A DNA stretch of 64,000 nt from Shigella phage phi25-307: sequence record MG589383; one strand, 5' to 3'. Made by a program: the position numbers and the translations under genes. Shown here in pieces: positions 55,686 through 63,897 of this stretch. The first letter of the stretch is position 1. Every line of letters starts with the position of its first letter. The notes under the pieces are model-generated. The model had not been told where the DNA came from, did not search any database, and was given only the letters and a program-made list of their open reading frames with translations.

Positions 55686-56432
55686 TTAACCTTTAATCAG
55701 TTGGAATAATGATGCGCTAAGTGGTAAGCCACGTTTCAATTTTAATTTACCAATGAAACCGATCTTTTCAAAACGTTGCAGACCTTGGATAACTTTATCA
55801 TATGTATCGAAAAGCGATTCAGCGTCAGTTAATTTAGTTTTAGTTTTCCAGTCAGAGCCTTTAAGAAGAACGTTGAGTTTAGTAAGTTCATGGCCTTCTG
55901 CTTGATGCGAGCCATTAATGCGTGCTTTCAAAGCAACAATTCTAAGTTTAGCTTCGTCAGATAAAGGTTGATTTTTCATCATGTTCGCCATATGCTTAAC
56001 ACGATTTTCACGTTTTGCTCGGATTTTTAAAATGGTATCATAAACCTTTTTAATTTGGGCCCATTTCTTCTCGTCGAGATTAAGTTTCTCTACTTTACGG
56101 GCGGAAGGATTAGCGATACGTCTTGCAATAGCGTCACGTTTCTCAATAAGTTCTTCTAATGTTAAATCAGAACGAGCCGTGTTATATTTTTTCTTAACTG
56201 GGATAACATTACCTTTAATGTAACCGATATCGTTATTAAAACGTTCTAAGGATAATTTCTCACCTTCAACAGAGTTATTGAAAGATTCACCTGAGTAAGC
56301 GCAGACCTTTTGATCAAGAATGTTTTTAAGGTAATTAAAGTCTAAGTTAAAATCCTTAGAGCGTCTCTTCGCAGAAGCTCTGGTGTGGTCAAGACGACGA
56401 TTGATTTTGTTAATTTTATTATTTGATAACAT
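55686..56432 (-). CDS. srd: Srd-like protein, 248 aa
   Basis: Size and position (between dda and modA) match T4 srd; no motif check possible. Confidence 0.45.
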   Translation of the reverse strand: MLSNNKINKINRRLDHTRASAKRRSKDFNLDFNYLKNILDQKVCAYSGESFNNSVEGEKLSLERFNNDIGYIKGNVIPVKKKYNTARSDLTLEELIEKRDAIARRIANPSARKVEKLNLDEKKWAQIKKVYDTILKIRAKRENRVKHMANMMKNQPLSDEAKLRIVALKARINGSHQAEGHELTKLNVLLKGSDWKTKTKLTDAESLFDTYDKVIQGLQRFEKIGFIGKLKLKRGLPLSASLFQLIKG

Positions 56433-56585
56433 AATATTTTCCTCTGTCTTACGGACGTTAGGTCATTTAGCTGATATGTCCTATAATATCATGCCCTCAG
56501 GTAGTGTACACTCTTTTTTCGTAAAATGCTTTAATTTTTTATGTGTTATAATGGTTCTGAGTTCCATCCGGTTATTCCAATCCAG

Positions 56586-57194
56586 TCAGTAACCGACAAT
56601 AGACAGATTCCAGATTGTATAACGTCCATCTTGAATAATAGAATCTACACGCAGTGTAGTCCCTATAGGGAGCATAAATTCACATTCGTCAGATATAAGT
56701 CTAGCATTAGACCGTCTTGTCGCTTCAGGGAAAGCTCCATTGAACTCACAAGATGGTGCAGCCAGAATCATATTAAGCATATGTTCACGGAAGTTGAAAG
56801 CAAATGGTGCATCTTTGATGCAGAACATATTAAATGTTCCGTAAAAATTATATGAAGCGAAGTTACGTGCTACACCAAACACCGGACTAAAGCTCATTAC
56901 TCTATCAAATTTAATAATACTACCAACGCCTTTATCATCGAGTGTGGCCATAGTTTTCTTAGAGATTCCACGATACATTGTCTCAGGAACAGAAGACGTC
57001 CAATTTCTACGAACGATTGAACTTAAATCTTTTTGGATGCTGTCTGGCTTGTTTTCCATACATTGCCACAGTACACTTTGTTCAATGTCGCTGAATTGCT
57101 CATCGATTTTGTACTGAAGCATATCTTGATAATCCGGGCATTGAGCACGACGAACCATTTCTTCAATTTCACACTCGTTATACGGCATAAACAT
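56586..57194 (-). CDS. modA: ModA/ModB-family ADP-ribosyltransferase, 202 aa
   Basis: ART triad in order: R (TMYRGIS), S-x-S (VMSFSP), E-x-E (DECEFMLP); size close to T4 ModA (200 aa). Only one mod paralog is present. Confidence 0.6.
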   Translation of the reverse strand: MFMPYNECEIEEMVRRAQCPDYQDMLQYKIDEQFSDIEQSVLWQCMENKPDSIQKDLSSIVRRNWTSSVPETMYRGISKKTMATLDDKGVGSIIKFDRVMSFSPVFGVARNFASYNFYGTFNMFCIKDAPFAFNFREHMLNMILAAPSCEFNGAFPEATRRSNARLISDECEFMLPIGTTLRVDSIIQDGRYTIWNLSIVGY

Positions 57195-57222
57195 TTAGGT
57201 TTCTCCTCTGGTTGATAAAAGT

Positions 57223-57251
57223 ATAGTATCATCGTCGGTAGAGTTTGTACA
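57223..57251 (-). promoter_or_regulatory. Early promoter for modA (TGTACA, 17 nt, TACTAT)
   Basis: Minus strand GTGTACAAACTCTACCGACGATGATACTATAC, followed by GAGGAG and the ATG. Confidence 0.5.
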
Positions 57252-57380
57252 CTAAAAATTCAACATTTTTAAATGAATGATTTTGTTAGGTATTCGCGTT
57301 CTTGAAGTTCAGATTGACATGTCATGATAGACCTCCATTTAAAGATAAGCCTATCATAACACGAGAGGAGGGAATGTAAA

Positions 57381-57545
57381 CTACTTTTTAAGCTTTCCTA
57401 CTAAAGGTCCATCAGGTCCAGGTTGTTCTAACATGAATAAGGATGCTTTAAAAAGCAATGCCAACCCTTTCACCATTCGATACCATGTCTCAAAGTCTTT
57501 TTCCTTGATTTCTAGTAAGAATTTCTCTTTAAATTTCTCTTTCAT
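57381..57545 (-). CDS. Hypothetical protein, 54 aa (below ORF-track cut-off)
   Basis: Hand translation MKEKFKEKFLLEIKEKDFETWYRMVKGLALLFKASLFMLEQPGPDGPLVGKLKK; ATG overlaps the upstream stop (ATGA). Confidence 0.4.
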   Translation of the reverse strand: MKEKFKEKFLLEIKEKDFETWYRMVKGLALLFKASLFMLEQPGPDGPLVGKLKK

Positions 57546-57730
57546 TTCCAAGGACTCCATGGTGGAGGGTCGTCATAATAAGAGGCAAGGTCTTTCAGGG
57601 CTTCAACAGGTAAACTACAGCCGTGACGTTGTATAATACTATCTAGTTCATCAACAAGTTCACTACGATGCACTTTAGGAGCCTCAACTTCGGGCTCATC
57701 AAACATACTCATCAAGTCCATATTATTCAC
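57542..57730 (-). CDS. Hypothetical acidic protein, 62 aa
   Basis: ORF with 8-nt overlap onto the upstream gene. Confidence 0.5.
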   Translation of the reverse strand: MNNMDLMSMFDEPEVEAPKVHRSELVDELDSIIQRHGCSLPVEALKDLASYYDDPPPWSPWK

Positions 57731-58187
57731 CGAGATAAAAACTAGCAGGTTCAGAGAATGTTTCTAGCGCTACACCTTTTGTCTTAAAAAATTTCCAAAT
57801 AGCTCGTTGCAAATGGATTAAATCTGCTAATGATGTAATAAAGTATTTTTTGGCAAAATACTTATGGTCTCGCTTTTCAAACAGGTCTAAACGCTTTTCT
57901 GGATTCACATAAACGGCATTTTCCGTAGATTCATAACCTAAGTCCTTTATGCCTTCTTCAAGACTAAACGGAGAATTTTTAGAATGAGTAATAGCTCCAA
58001 CTCGCTCTACACGAATTTTGTAACCTTTAGGAATCTGCAATTTACAGAATTCTTCTACGATATATTGCGGATTATTTAGACTTTTGTTAATGAGAATAGC
58101 TATTTCTAGTGGAGTCTTATCTTCTACTGGTATATGTTTAAACGACTTGGCTTCAAGCAAATACATTTTAAATAACATAGCATCCAT
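57723..58187 (-). CDS. Hypothetical protein, 154 aa
   Basis: ORF in the modA-soc interval. Confidence 0.55.
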   Translation of the reverse strand: MDAMLFKMYLLEAKSFKHIPVEDKTPLEIAILINKSLNNPQYIVEEFCKLQIPKGYKIRVERVGAITHSKNSPFSLEEGIKDLGYESTENAVYVNPEKRLDLFEKRDHKYFAKKYFITSLADLIHLQRAIWKFFKTKGVALETFSEPASFYLGE

Positions 58188-58393
58188 TATAATTTCCTCG
58201 ATGGTTCACCCATATAAAGTTTTACAATACGTTCGCCTTCATCTTCGATGAGCTTCTCTTCATGTTTCTGGAATTCTTTAGCCATATTCTCTTCAAGAAC
58301 ATCCAGCCAATCTTCTGGACCGACACCATCGTCCCAGCTTTTAAACCATTTAACTATCTTGTTCATTCGCAGCTCCCTGAGCTTGAACCACAA
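58187..58393 (-). CDS. Hypothetical protein, 68 aa
   Basis: ORF whose ATG overlaps the downstream gene start region. Confidence 0.5.
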   Translation of the reverse strand: MWFKLRELRMNKIVKWFKSWDDGVGPEDWLDVLEENMAKEFQKHEEKLIEDEGERIVKLYMGEPSRKL

Positions 58394-58563
58394 TCAGAAT
58401 AACTTGACCCAGAATCACCAGGCCAAGACGATACGTATGAATGATTATAATCGGAAGAGCTTGAAGCATTAACCTGTTTTGTTTTTGGACGAACAACTTC
58501 TTCCATCATTCCGTCACCGATATATTCCCAACTTTTTTCGTGTGTATCAGGAATAGGCATCAT
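58363..58563 (-). CDS. Hypothetical Ser-rich protein, 66 aa
   Basis: Track ORF 58363..58686 trimmed to the first ATG after the upstream stop, preceded by AAGG. Confidence 0.4.
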   Translation of the reverse strand: MMPIPDTHEKSWEYIGDGMMEEVVRPKTKQVNASSSSDYNHSYVSSWPGDSGSSYSDCGSSSGSCE

Positions 58564-58576
58564 ACCTTCGCCTGGA

Positions 58577-58804
58577 TTAACAGCAAACAACTTCTTCAGC
58601 ATCGTAAGCATTAATTGTTCCTCGAACAAAACGAACACCACCGTCATCCCAACGGATTTCGGCATTAAATTTGACGTCTTCACCATCCATCATGAACGAG
58701 TGTACGACTACATCATCATAATATCCAAGGCCGTATTTCAATGAAACTTCTTGAGCAATCAAAGCACCTAATGTGTTATTAGGTTTAATCCAACGATTTA
58801 ACAT
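58577..58804 (-). CDS. Hypothetical protein, 75 aa
   Basis: Start trimmed to ATG 58804, preceded by AAGAGGAGAA and the promoter at 58833-58862. Confidence 0.5.
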   Translation of the reverse strand: MLNRWIKPNNTLGALIAQEVSLKYGLGYYDDVVVHSFMMDGEDVKFNAEIRWDDGGVRFVRGTINAYDAEEVVCC

Positions 58805-58832
58805 ATTGTTCTCCTCTTGAGTAAGTAAGAAT

Positions 58833-58862
58833 ATCTTAACACAGTTTTTAGCGGTTGTAAAC
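58833..58862 (-). promoter_or_regulatory. Early promoter (TTTACA, 17 nt, TAAGAT)
   Basis: Minus strand GTTTACAACCGCTAAAAACTGTGTTAAGAT. Confidence 0.45.
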
Positions 58863-58871
58863 TGTAGAAAC

Positions 58872-58899
58872 AAAAAAAAAGGAATCCCGAAGGATTCCT
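58872..58899 (-). terminator. Intrinsic terminator after soc
   Basis: GGAAUCC-UUCG-GGAUUCC hairpin followed by a 9-nt U-run on the minus strand. Confidence 0.75.
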
Positions 58900-58907
58900 T
58901 AAATTAT

Positions 58908-59144
58908 TTAACCGCTTACTGGTGTAGGCGTGAACATTGCTGCGTTCTTGGTCTTCCAGTCAGCAGCATCAGTTACTACCGTTGTATAAGCAGCTTTTTC
59001 AGACGGGAAAGTCTGATAATGAGAATCTGCAATACGATGTTCGTTTGAATAAATCTCAAACGGTACAGAAACTTCCATACCTTTAACTTCTTTACCTTCA
59101 CCTGCAGGATGCGTAAAGGTTTTGATGTTTACATAACCACCCAT
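58908..59144 (-). CDS. soc: Small outer capsid protein Soc, 78 aa
   Basis: Close match to remembered T4 Soc (GYVNIKTF, HYQTFPSEKAAY.TV); size about 80 aa; late promoter upstream. Confidence 0.85.
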   Translation of the reverse strand: MGGYVNIKTFTHPAGEGKEVKGMEVSVPFEIYSNEHRIADSHYQTFPSEKAAYTTVVTDAADWKTKNAAMFTPTPVSG

Positions 59145-59175
59145 AATTAACTCCTTTGTTGTTTAATTACAGGTG

Positions 59176-59183
59176 TATTTATA
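59176..59183 (-). promoter_or_regulatory. Late promoter TATAAATA for soc
   Basis: Minus strand AGTTATAAATACACC, about 32 nt upstream of the soc ATG. Confidence 0.55.
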
Positions 59184-59189
59184 ACTTAA

Positions 59190-59708
59190 TCAGTAACCAT
59201 TATCCTGGCGTTCAAAGTTGTGTTGGTTTTTCAGGTAATACAGTTTGAAGATTTCTTCAGCAGAAAGTCCTAGACCTTGGAACATATTTAGAACGAAATG
59301 TAGGATATCAATCATCTCGAATTTAATTTCAAGCTGGTCTTCAGGAGACAGTTCATCGATACGACGATTTCGATATTCAGCATGTTGTGCCTTCCACGGC
59401 TTCCATACAGAGCTAGCGGCTTTTTCACCATTGCTCATACCACCAAGTGAAGTCAGCAGTTCACGGAATTCATCATCAATATAATCTTTCTGATTACGCA
59501 GCCAATCAACAACATCACCAGCAGTAGCCAATTCATCAGGATGTTTGTTATGTTCAGGCTTGTCATTTGCCAGACGAACCTGTAAAGATTTCTGCATATC
59601 AAGCATTACCTGCAGAGGGTCTTTATCTTCGTGAATCAGGGCATTAAAATAAGCTTCTTCTGCTTTATCAACACCAGAAATAAGTTGTGAACATTCGTTA
59701 AAGTGCGC
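59190..59708 (-). CDS. 56: dCTP pyrophosphatase (dCTPase/dUTPase) gp56, 172 aa
   Basis: Start trimmed to MAHFNEC; close match to remembered T4 gp56 (DPLQVMLDMQ, FRELLTSLG, SPEDQLEIKFE..D..HFVLNMF.GLG, EEIFKLYYLKN); position between soc and 61. Confidence 0.75.
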   Translation of the reverse strand, partial: AHFNECSQLISGVDKAEEAYFNALIHEDKDPLQVMLDMQKSLQVRLANDKPEHNKHPDELATAGDVVDWLRNQKDYIDDEFRELLTSLGGMSNGEKAASSVWKPWKAQHAEYRNRRIDELSPEDQLEIKFEMIDILHFVLNMFQGLGLSAEEIFKLYYLKNQHNFERQDNGY

Positions 59709-59801
59709 CATTATTTTTCCTTTCAATTCAGTATAAGAGAGTTTAATTCTAACATTAATTTTATAAAGCGTAATAAATAATAAGGTAACTAAGGAGATAT
59801 T

Positions 59802-59999
59802 ATGTTTAAACTTCCATCGTTAATCAACGCTATTAAAGGCAATAAAAAGAAAACTGCTATCGCTGCAATAGTTGTAGGTGGCATTATTTCATGGAACTTC
59901 GGGATTGCACCATTGTTAGTTGCCCATGGTGTTATAGTTCCTTCTGTTCCATTGGATACTGTAGTTGATTTGGCCTTTGCTATTATAGGGCTTGTTTAA
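59802..59999 (+). CDS. Small membrane protein, 65 aa, plus strand inside a minus-strand early block
   Basis: Strong SD AAGGAGA 8 nt before the ATG; two hydrophobic segments (IAAIVVGGIISW, VVDLAFAIIGLV). Confidence 0.5.
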   Translation: MFKLPSLINAIKGNKKKTAIAAIVVGGIISWNFGIAPLLVAHGVIVPSVPLDTVVDLAFAIIGLV

Positions 60000-61018
60000 A
60001 TCTTAGAATAACGAGATAATCTCATTTTAGCATGCAACCCACTTGAAATATTCTGTTTCATATATTCTAAAATTTCTTGTGGTGTTGCATTTTCTTTCAT
60101 TACCATATCATTCACATCCTTTGAACTCCATGGAGCTCTATCCCAGAACATAACACGTTCGCCTGCATCTACTAATCGCTTCATACGAGCTATAGTATCC
60201 GGATGCCTAGGTTCATTATCCATCACCCATACCCGACGTTCTTTAAATGGTACCACATCTAAATCTATTGAGCCGCCTGTAATAGCGATTGCATTGGGTA
60301 TGAATAAACTATCAATAGGGCCTTCCATTACCCAGACGTCTCCTTCCTTAACACGTTCAACACCATAAATTTTTGTTGCAGACTCAAACGCTTTAATAGT
60401 GATATATTTCTGAGGAGCATCTTTACGAAGTGCACGTCCTTGGAATGACTCGGCCTTCCCGTCTTTATTAAAAATAGGAATCACTAAACGTGGTTCGGGA
60501 ATCTCTTTCTTATACGTACCAGGTTGAATCTTGTTGACCAATTTAGGCCATTCTAATGTGAACCATAATCTGTTCCATGATTCTTTAGGAATGCATCGAG
60601 ACTTAACATATTTCACAATAGGATGCTCTTCAGGCAGCTTGTCCAGACGAGAACAAGACGGCAAAGAATTTATAGTCTTTTTCTCCGGTTCTGGTTTATG
60701 TTCAGGAACCTTTTCAATCTTTGGTCCCATTCTAGCTTTTTCTTTACGAACTTCCATTAGATATTCGCGGTAAAGCTCTTCATCATACTCTTTTAAGTAT
60801 CCGGAAATTGTATTGTGGTATTGACAATTATAGCAATGTACATTACCAGGAGTACCGCCATAATACCAACCGCGAGCTTTCATTGCATCTGTCTGGGAGT
60901 CGCCACAAACTGGACAACGAAATGTTAATTTAAATGTGCTTGAATTATTGATTTGTCTAAAACGAGGTAGGTGAGAAAACGCACGATAAGCAAATTCATT
61001 ATCTATCCATTCAGCCAT
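59996..61018 (-). CDS. 61: DNA primase gp61, 340 aa
   Basis: N-terminal zinc ribbon CPVCGDS...CYNCQYH followed by a TOPRIM-like region; size close to T4 gp61 (342 aa). Confidence 0.9.
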   Translation of the reverse strand: MAEWIDNEFAYRAFSHLPRFRQINNSSTFKLTFRCPVCGDSQTDAMKARGWYYGGTPGNVHCYNCQYHNTISGYLKEYDEELYREYLMEVRKEKARMGPKIEKVPEHKPEPEKKTINSLPSCSRLDKLPEEHPIVKYVKSRCIPKESWNRLWFTLEWPKLVNKIQPGTYKKEIPEPRLVIPIFNKDGKAESFQGRALRKDAPQKYITIKAFESATKIYGVERVKEGDVWVMEGPIDSLFIPNAIAITGGSIDLDVVPFKERRVWVMDNEPRHPDTIARMKRLVDAGERVMFWDRAPWSSKDVNDMVMKENATPQEILEYMKQNISSGLHAKMRLSRYSKI

Positions 61019-61057
61019 AGTATTCTCCAGAGGCCTTAAATTAATAAGGCCATCATA

Positions 61058-61552
61058 TCACAACTTATTAATATTTACTTTAATTCGCTTTCTTTTCTTG
61101 GAAGGAATTTGTTCTGGACCTTTATTTACGACTGCACCTGTAGTTGTTCCTGATGCAATAGCTTGAGGACTACCGCCTGAATCACCAGCAACCATATCCT
61201 CAAATAAAGGGAGTTCTTTAAATATTTCTTTCTGTTGTTCTTCTGTAATGTTATAGCGTGAAGCTACAGCACTCCAGGCAGACATCATTGAGGCCATTCC
61301 ATTAAGACCTGGAACAGTGCTCATCATTCGCTTCATTGAACGAACTGAAGCATGAAAAGGTGTATACGCAGCTTTCTCTTCGGGAGTAGAAGGACGTTTA
61401 AGAACACTTCCACGTTCATCGATGATTTTGGCTTCGTATGCTTTCCATTCGGTAAAAGGTTTTTGCATTAGTCGAATAAACTTATATGCATAAACAGAAT
61501 CTATTGCAGTGTTAATAATACCCATAGGTACCTCCTGAGTATATTTAATCAA
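61058..61552 (-). CDS. Hypothetical protein, 164 aa (61.1 position)
   Basis: ORF upstream of gene 61. Confidence 0.55.
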   Translation of the reverse strand: MIKYTQEVPMGIINTAIDSVYAYKFIRLMQKPFTEWKAYEAKIIDERGSVLKRPSTPEEKAAYTPFHASVRSMKRMMSTVPGLNGMASMMSAWSAVASRYNITEEQQKEIFKELPLFEDMVAGDSGGSPQAIASGTTTGAVVNKGPEQIPSKKRKRIKVNINKL

Positions 61553-61742
61553 TTACAAAGATTGCTTTGTCACCATTTACATCTGTGACTTCATATGTAG
61601 TGCCTTCATACTGTGGAATATTCCAAATTACACCATCATTAGCTTTTACGCTAATATGGCATTGGTGTTTTGAAACAACTTCATAATCTTCAAAACTTGT
61701 AAAAACACTAATTTTAGAACCAGTGCAAATTGCAGTAGTCAT
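61545..61742 (-). CDS. Hypothetical protein, 65 aa
   Basis: ORF in the 61-sp interval. Confidence 0.5.
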   Translation of the reverse strand: MTTAICTGSKISVFTSFEDYEVVSKHQCHISVKANDGVIWNIPQYEGTTYEVTDVNGDKAIFVID

Positions 61743-61743
61743 T

Positions 61744-62403
61744 TTAACCTCGATTCATAAATGCATTAAATATTTGGTCATCAACAGAAATTTCTAATTC
61801 GACTTCAATTGCTTCAGCCTTTTCTTCAGGTGGTAATTCGTATCCACACACTACAATTTTTTCATCAATATCAAAATATACAGAAGCAATATGATTAATG
61901 TTATTTTCGGTTAAGTCTAAATCAACATCAACATCTTTTTGACCTACACTTAAAGGATAACTAATACGGGTTATTTTATTATCTTTAACAAAGAGTCCAC
62001 CGACATACTCTGTACTACGTTTGAAGTTTACACGTTTCCGAAATGAAAGATATGATGCATCTTTACCATGAGCTCGGCTCATAGGACATAATGAATAGCT
62101 AGAATAAGAGATGTCAAATCCTACACCTTCAATATGAGCCAACGTGTCATGATTAAACCAATTATAATCATATGCCAAATCCATTATATTGTAATATGTG
62201 AAAGGCACCGGATTAACATCATACGTTGTACCTTTAAAATCTGCCCAGGCAACGATTTCGTTATCTTTAACAATTACAAAAATTACACCAATATGGTATC
62301 CGTTATTATTTTCATTCGGCGTTATATTATAACATTGTGCATTAGGAAATTTACCATATTTAAACGGCGCGTTTTTGTGCATGTAATAAATCATATTATT
62401 CAC
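61744..62403 (-). CDS. Hypothetical protein, 219 aa
   Basis: ORF in the 61-sp interval. Confidence 0.55.
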   Translation of the reverse strand: MNNMIYYMHKNAPFKYGKFPNAQCYNITPNENNNGYHIGVIFVIVKDNEIVAWADFKGTTYDVNPVPFTYYNIMDLAYDYNWFNHDTLAHIEGVGFDISYSSYSLCPMSRAHGKDASYLSFRKRVNFKRSTEYVGGLFVKDNKITRISYPLSVGQKDVDVDLDLTENNINHIASVYFDIDEKIVVCGYELPPEEKAEAIEVELEISVDDQIFNAFMNRG

Positions 62404-62689
62404 CTGTGATTTCGGTTACGATATCTTTGTTATCGAAATTAGGGTCACAATACAAAACATAATTGTACTGCATGATACCGCCAGACTTAAGTTGTTCAAC
62501 AACTTTATTAACCATATTAGGACGATCTCGTTTAGTGATGTTCATGATATCAGAGAAGATTTGTTGTTCAACATCTTCTTGATTTGCAGTCATTGACCAC
62601 TCACAGAGGTCTTTATCATAACCTGCCGTAACTGGAGCTGGTGCGCATGATACTGCAAGTAAGATTGCTGCCAATGATAACTTTTTCAT
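62396..62689 (-). CDS. sp: Spackle (Sp) periplasmic superinfection-exclusion protein, 97 aa
   Basis: Signal peptide MKKLSLAAILLAVSCAPAPVTA, then AGYDKDLCEWSMTA and MQYNYVLYCD matching remembered T4 Sp; same length (97 aa). Confidence 0.85.
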   Translation of the reverse strand: MKKLSLAAILLAVSCAPAPVTAGYDKDLCEWSMTANQEDVEQQIFSDIMNITKRDRPNMVNKVVEQLKSGGIMQYNYVLYCDPNFDNKDIVTEITGE

Positions 62690-62710
62690 TTTAACTCCTT
62701 AGTTGATTTG

Positions 62711-62748
62711 ATAGGACTACTATACTATAGTCCATCTATAATGTAAAC
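62711..62748 (-). promoter_or_regulatory. PeSL-like early promoter cassette (family B)
   Basis: Minus strand GTTTACATTATAGATGGACTATAGTATAGTAGTCCTATC. Confidence 0.55.
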
Positions 62749-62752
62749 AAGT

Positions 62753-63001
62753 TTATTCTTTTTCGCGAATAATAATTACTTGTTGAGGCTGCTGAGCAGA
62801 TTTCTTTTCGGCAACGATAGACCAAATTAAAGTTCCAATCCAACCAACCATCGTCCAGTTAAAGAGTAAAGATACAAAGAAGATTGCTGTTGTGCTTTTT
62901 GTGCCACGAATAAGTGCGATTACCCAAGGCAACATGTAAATGATGATTGAACCAATACCTGCGATTAAAACTGCTACTGAACTAGCTACGAATAATTCCA
63001 T
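62753..63001 (-). CDS. Small inner-membrane protein with two predicted TM helices, 82 aa
   Basis: Hydrophobic segments LFVASSVAVLIAGIGSIIIYMLPWVIALI and AIFFVSLLFNWTMVGWIGTLIWSIV; has its own promoter (63029-63058) and SD. Confidence 0.6.
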   Translation of the reverse strand: MELFVASSVAVLIAGIGSIIIYMLPWVIALIRGTKSTTAIFFVSLLFNWTMVGWIGTLIWSIVAEKKSAQQPQQVIIIREKE

Positions 63002-63028
63002 GTTAATTTCCTCTTGATTTGTTATGTT

Positions 63029-63058
63029 TATAGTATCTTGGTTTAACTTTAGTGTAAA
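63029..63058 (-). promoter_or_regulatory. Early promoter (TTTACA, 17 nt, TACTAT) within TGGTTTA/TAAACCA inverted repeat
   Basis: Minus strand TGGTTTACACTAAAGTTAAACCAAGATACTAT. Confidence 0.5.
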
Positions 63059-63062
63059 CCAA

Positions 63063-63431
63063 TTAATTAAATTTGTTTAAACGTTCAATACACTGGATGT
63101 AGTTATTCGCGATTTGTTTCTGGGTAGGCTCTTTACCAGTTGTTTCAACATAGCGAATGAATGCGATTTCAGTAGCCTGTAAGCAATGTTCTTTAACGCG
63201 CTGTTCTTTTGACATAGCTACAGTATCAGAATCACGATAACGTTGAGCATGAGCATCAGCTTGAATCATTCGATTACCTACAGTAACCGGGTCTTCCACT
63301 TCAACTTTAGGTTGTTCATACTGTTTAACATTCGGATTGTAAATCAGTTGGCCGACGTTATTAGGAATAAAGCCATGGGCACCACATCCTGTTAATCCAA
63401 ATACCATTGCTAAAGCGATTAATTTTTTCAT
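63063..63431 (-). CDS. Predicted lipoprotein, 122 aa
   Basis: N-terminus MKKLIALAMVFGLTGCGAHG: signal peptide with lipobox LTGC. Confidence 0.6.
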   Translation of the reverse strand: MKKLIALAMVFGLTGCGAHGFIPNNVGQLIYNPNVKQYEQPKVEVEDPVTVGNRMIQADAHAQRYRDSDTVAMSKEQRVKEHCLQATEIAFIRYVETTGKEPTQKQIANNYIQCIERLNKFN

Positions 63432-63459
63432 TTCAATTTCCTCTGTAGTTGATAGAAAG

Positions 63460-63489
63460 ATAGTAACACAGTATGTGGTGCTTGTAAAC
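63460..63489 (-). promoter_or_regulatory. Early promoter (GTTTACA, 18 nt, TACTAT)
   Basis: Minus strand GTTTACAAGCACCACATACTGTGTTACTATC. Confidence 0.5.
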
Positions 63490-63491
63490 AG

Positions 63492-63704
63492 CTATTTTAA
63501 ACTTTTGCGAAATTTGCGTTTTTCTTGACGAATCTGTCGTTTAGTCGGACGTACAGCAAATTTAACGAAGTCCACTTTGCCGTGTGGAAACTTTTCAGAT
63601 GCTTCACAGTCCATCATTAGTTCCCATCCTTCCAGAATAAGAGCTTTCCATTGTGTAGTTGATGCAAATTCGTATGTTGATGGTTTAAACACAGTTGAAT
63701 ACAT
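63492..63704 (-). CDS. Hypothetical basic protein, 70 aa
   Basis: Track ORF 63492..63749 trimmed to the first ATG after the dmd stop. Confidence 0.45.
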   Translation of the reverse strand: MYSTVFKPSTYEFASTTQWKALILEGWELMMDCEASEKFPHGKVDFVKFAVRPTKRQIRQEKRKFRKSLK

Positions 63705-63705
63705 A

Positions 63706-63897
63706 TTATCCTCTGAAATCAGCTTCAAAAACTTTCTCGTCATTAACAAATGCTTTAACTAATGCTTTGTTCACTTCAGCAAGTTGTACCGCAACCCACT
63801 CGATTTCTTCACGGTCACCTGATAACATGATATCTTTAGTGAACGTATTATCATTTTTAAACCAGCCAATAAAAGTAACTTTAGTTAATTTGCTCAT
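63706..63897 (-). CDS. dmd: Dmd antitoxin-like protein (inhibitor of RnlA/LsoA-type toxins), 63 aa
   Basis: Start trimmed to MSKLTKV; FIGWFKN...FTK and AEVNKALVKAF match remembered T4 Dmd (60 aa). Confidence 0.8.
   Translation of the reverse strand: MSKLTKVTFIGWFKNDNTFTKDIMLSGDREEIEWVAVQLAEVNKALVKAFVNDEKVFEADFRG

Noticed and set aside
56541-56855. Plus-strand 104-aa ORF antisense to the modA-like gene
   Set aside because: Its ATG lies inside the promoter-like element and the whole ORF is antisense to a gene with clear ADP-ribosyltransferase motifs; treated as non-coding, although the promoter-like element itself is noted in findings.
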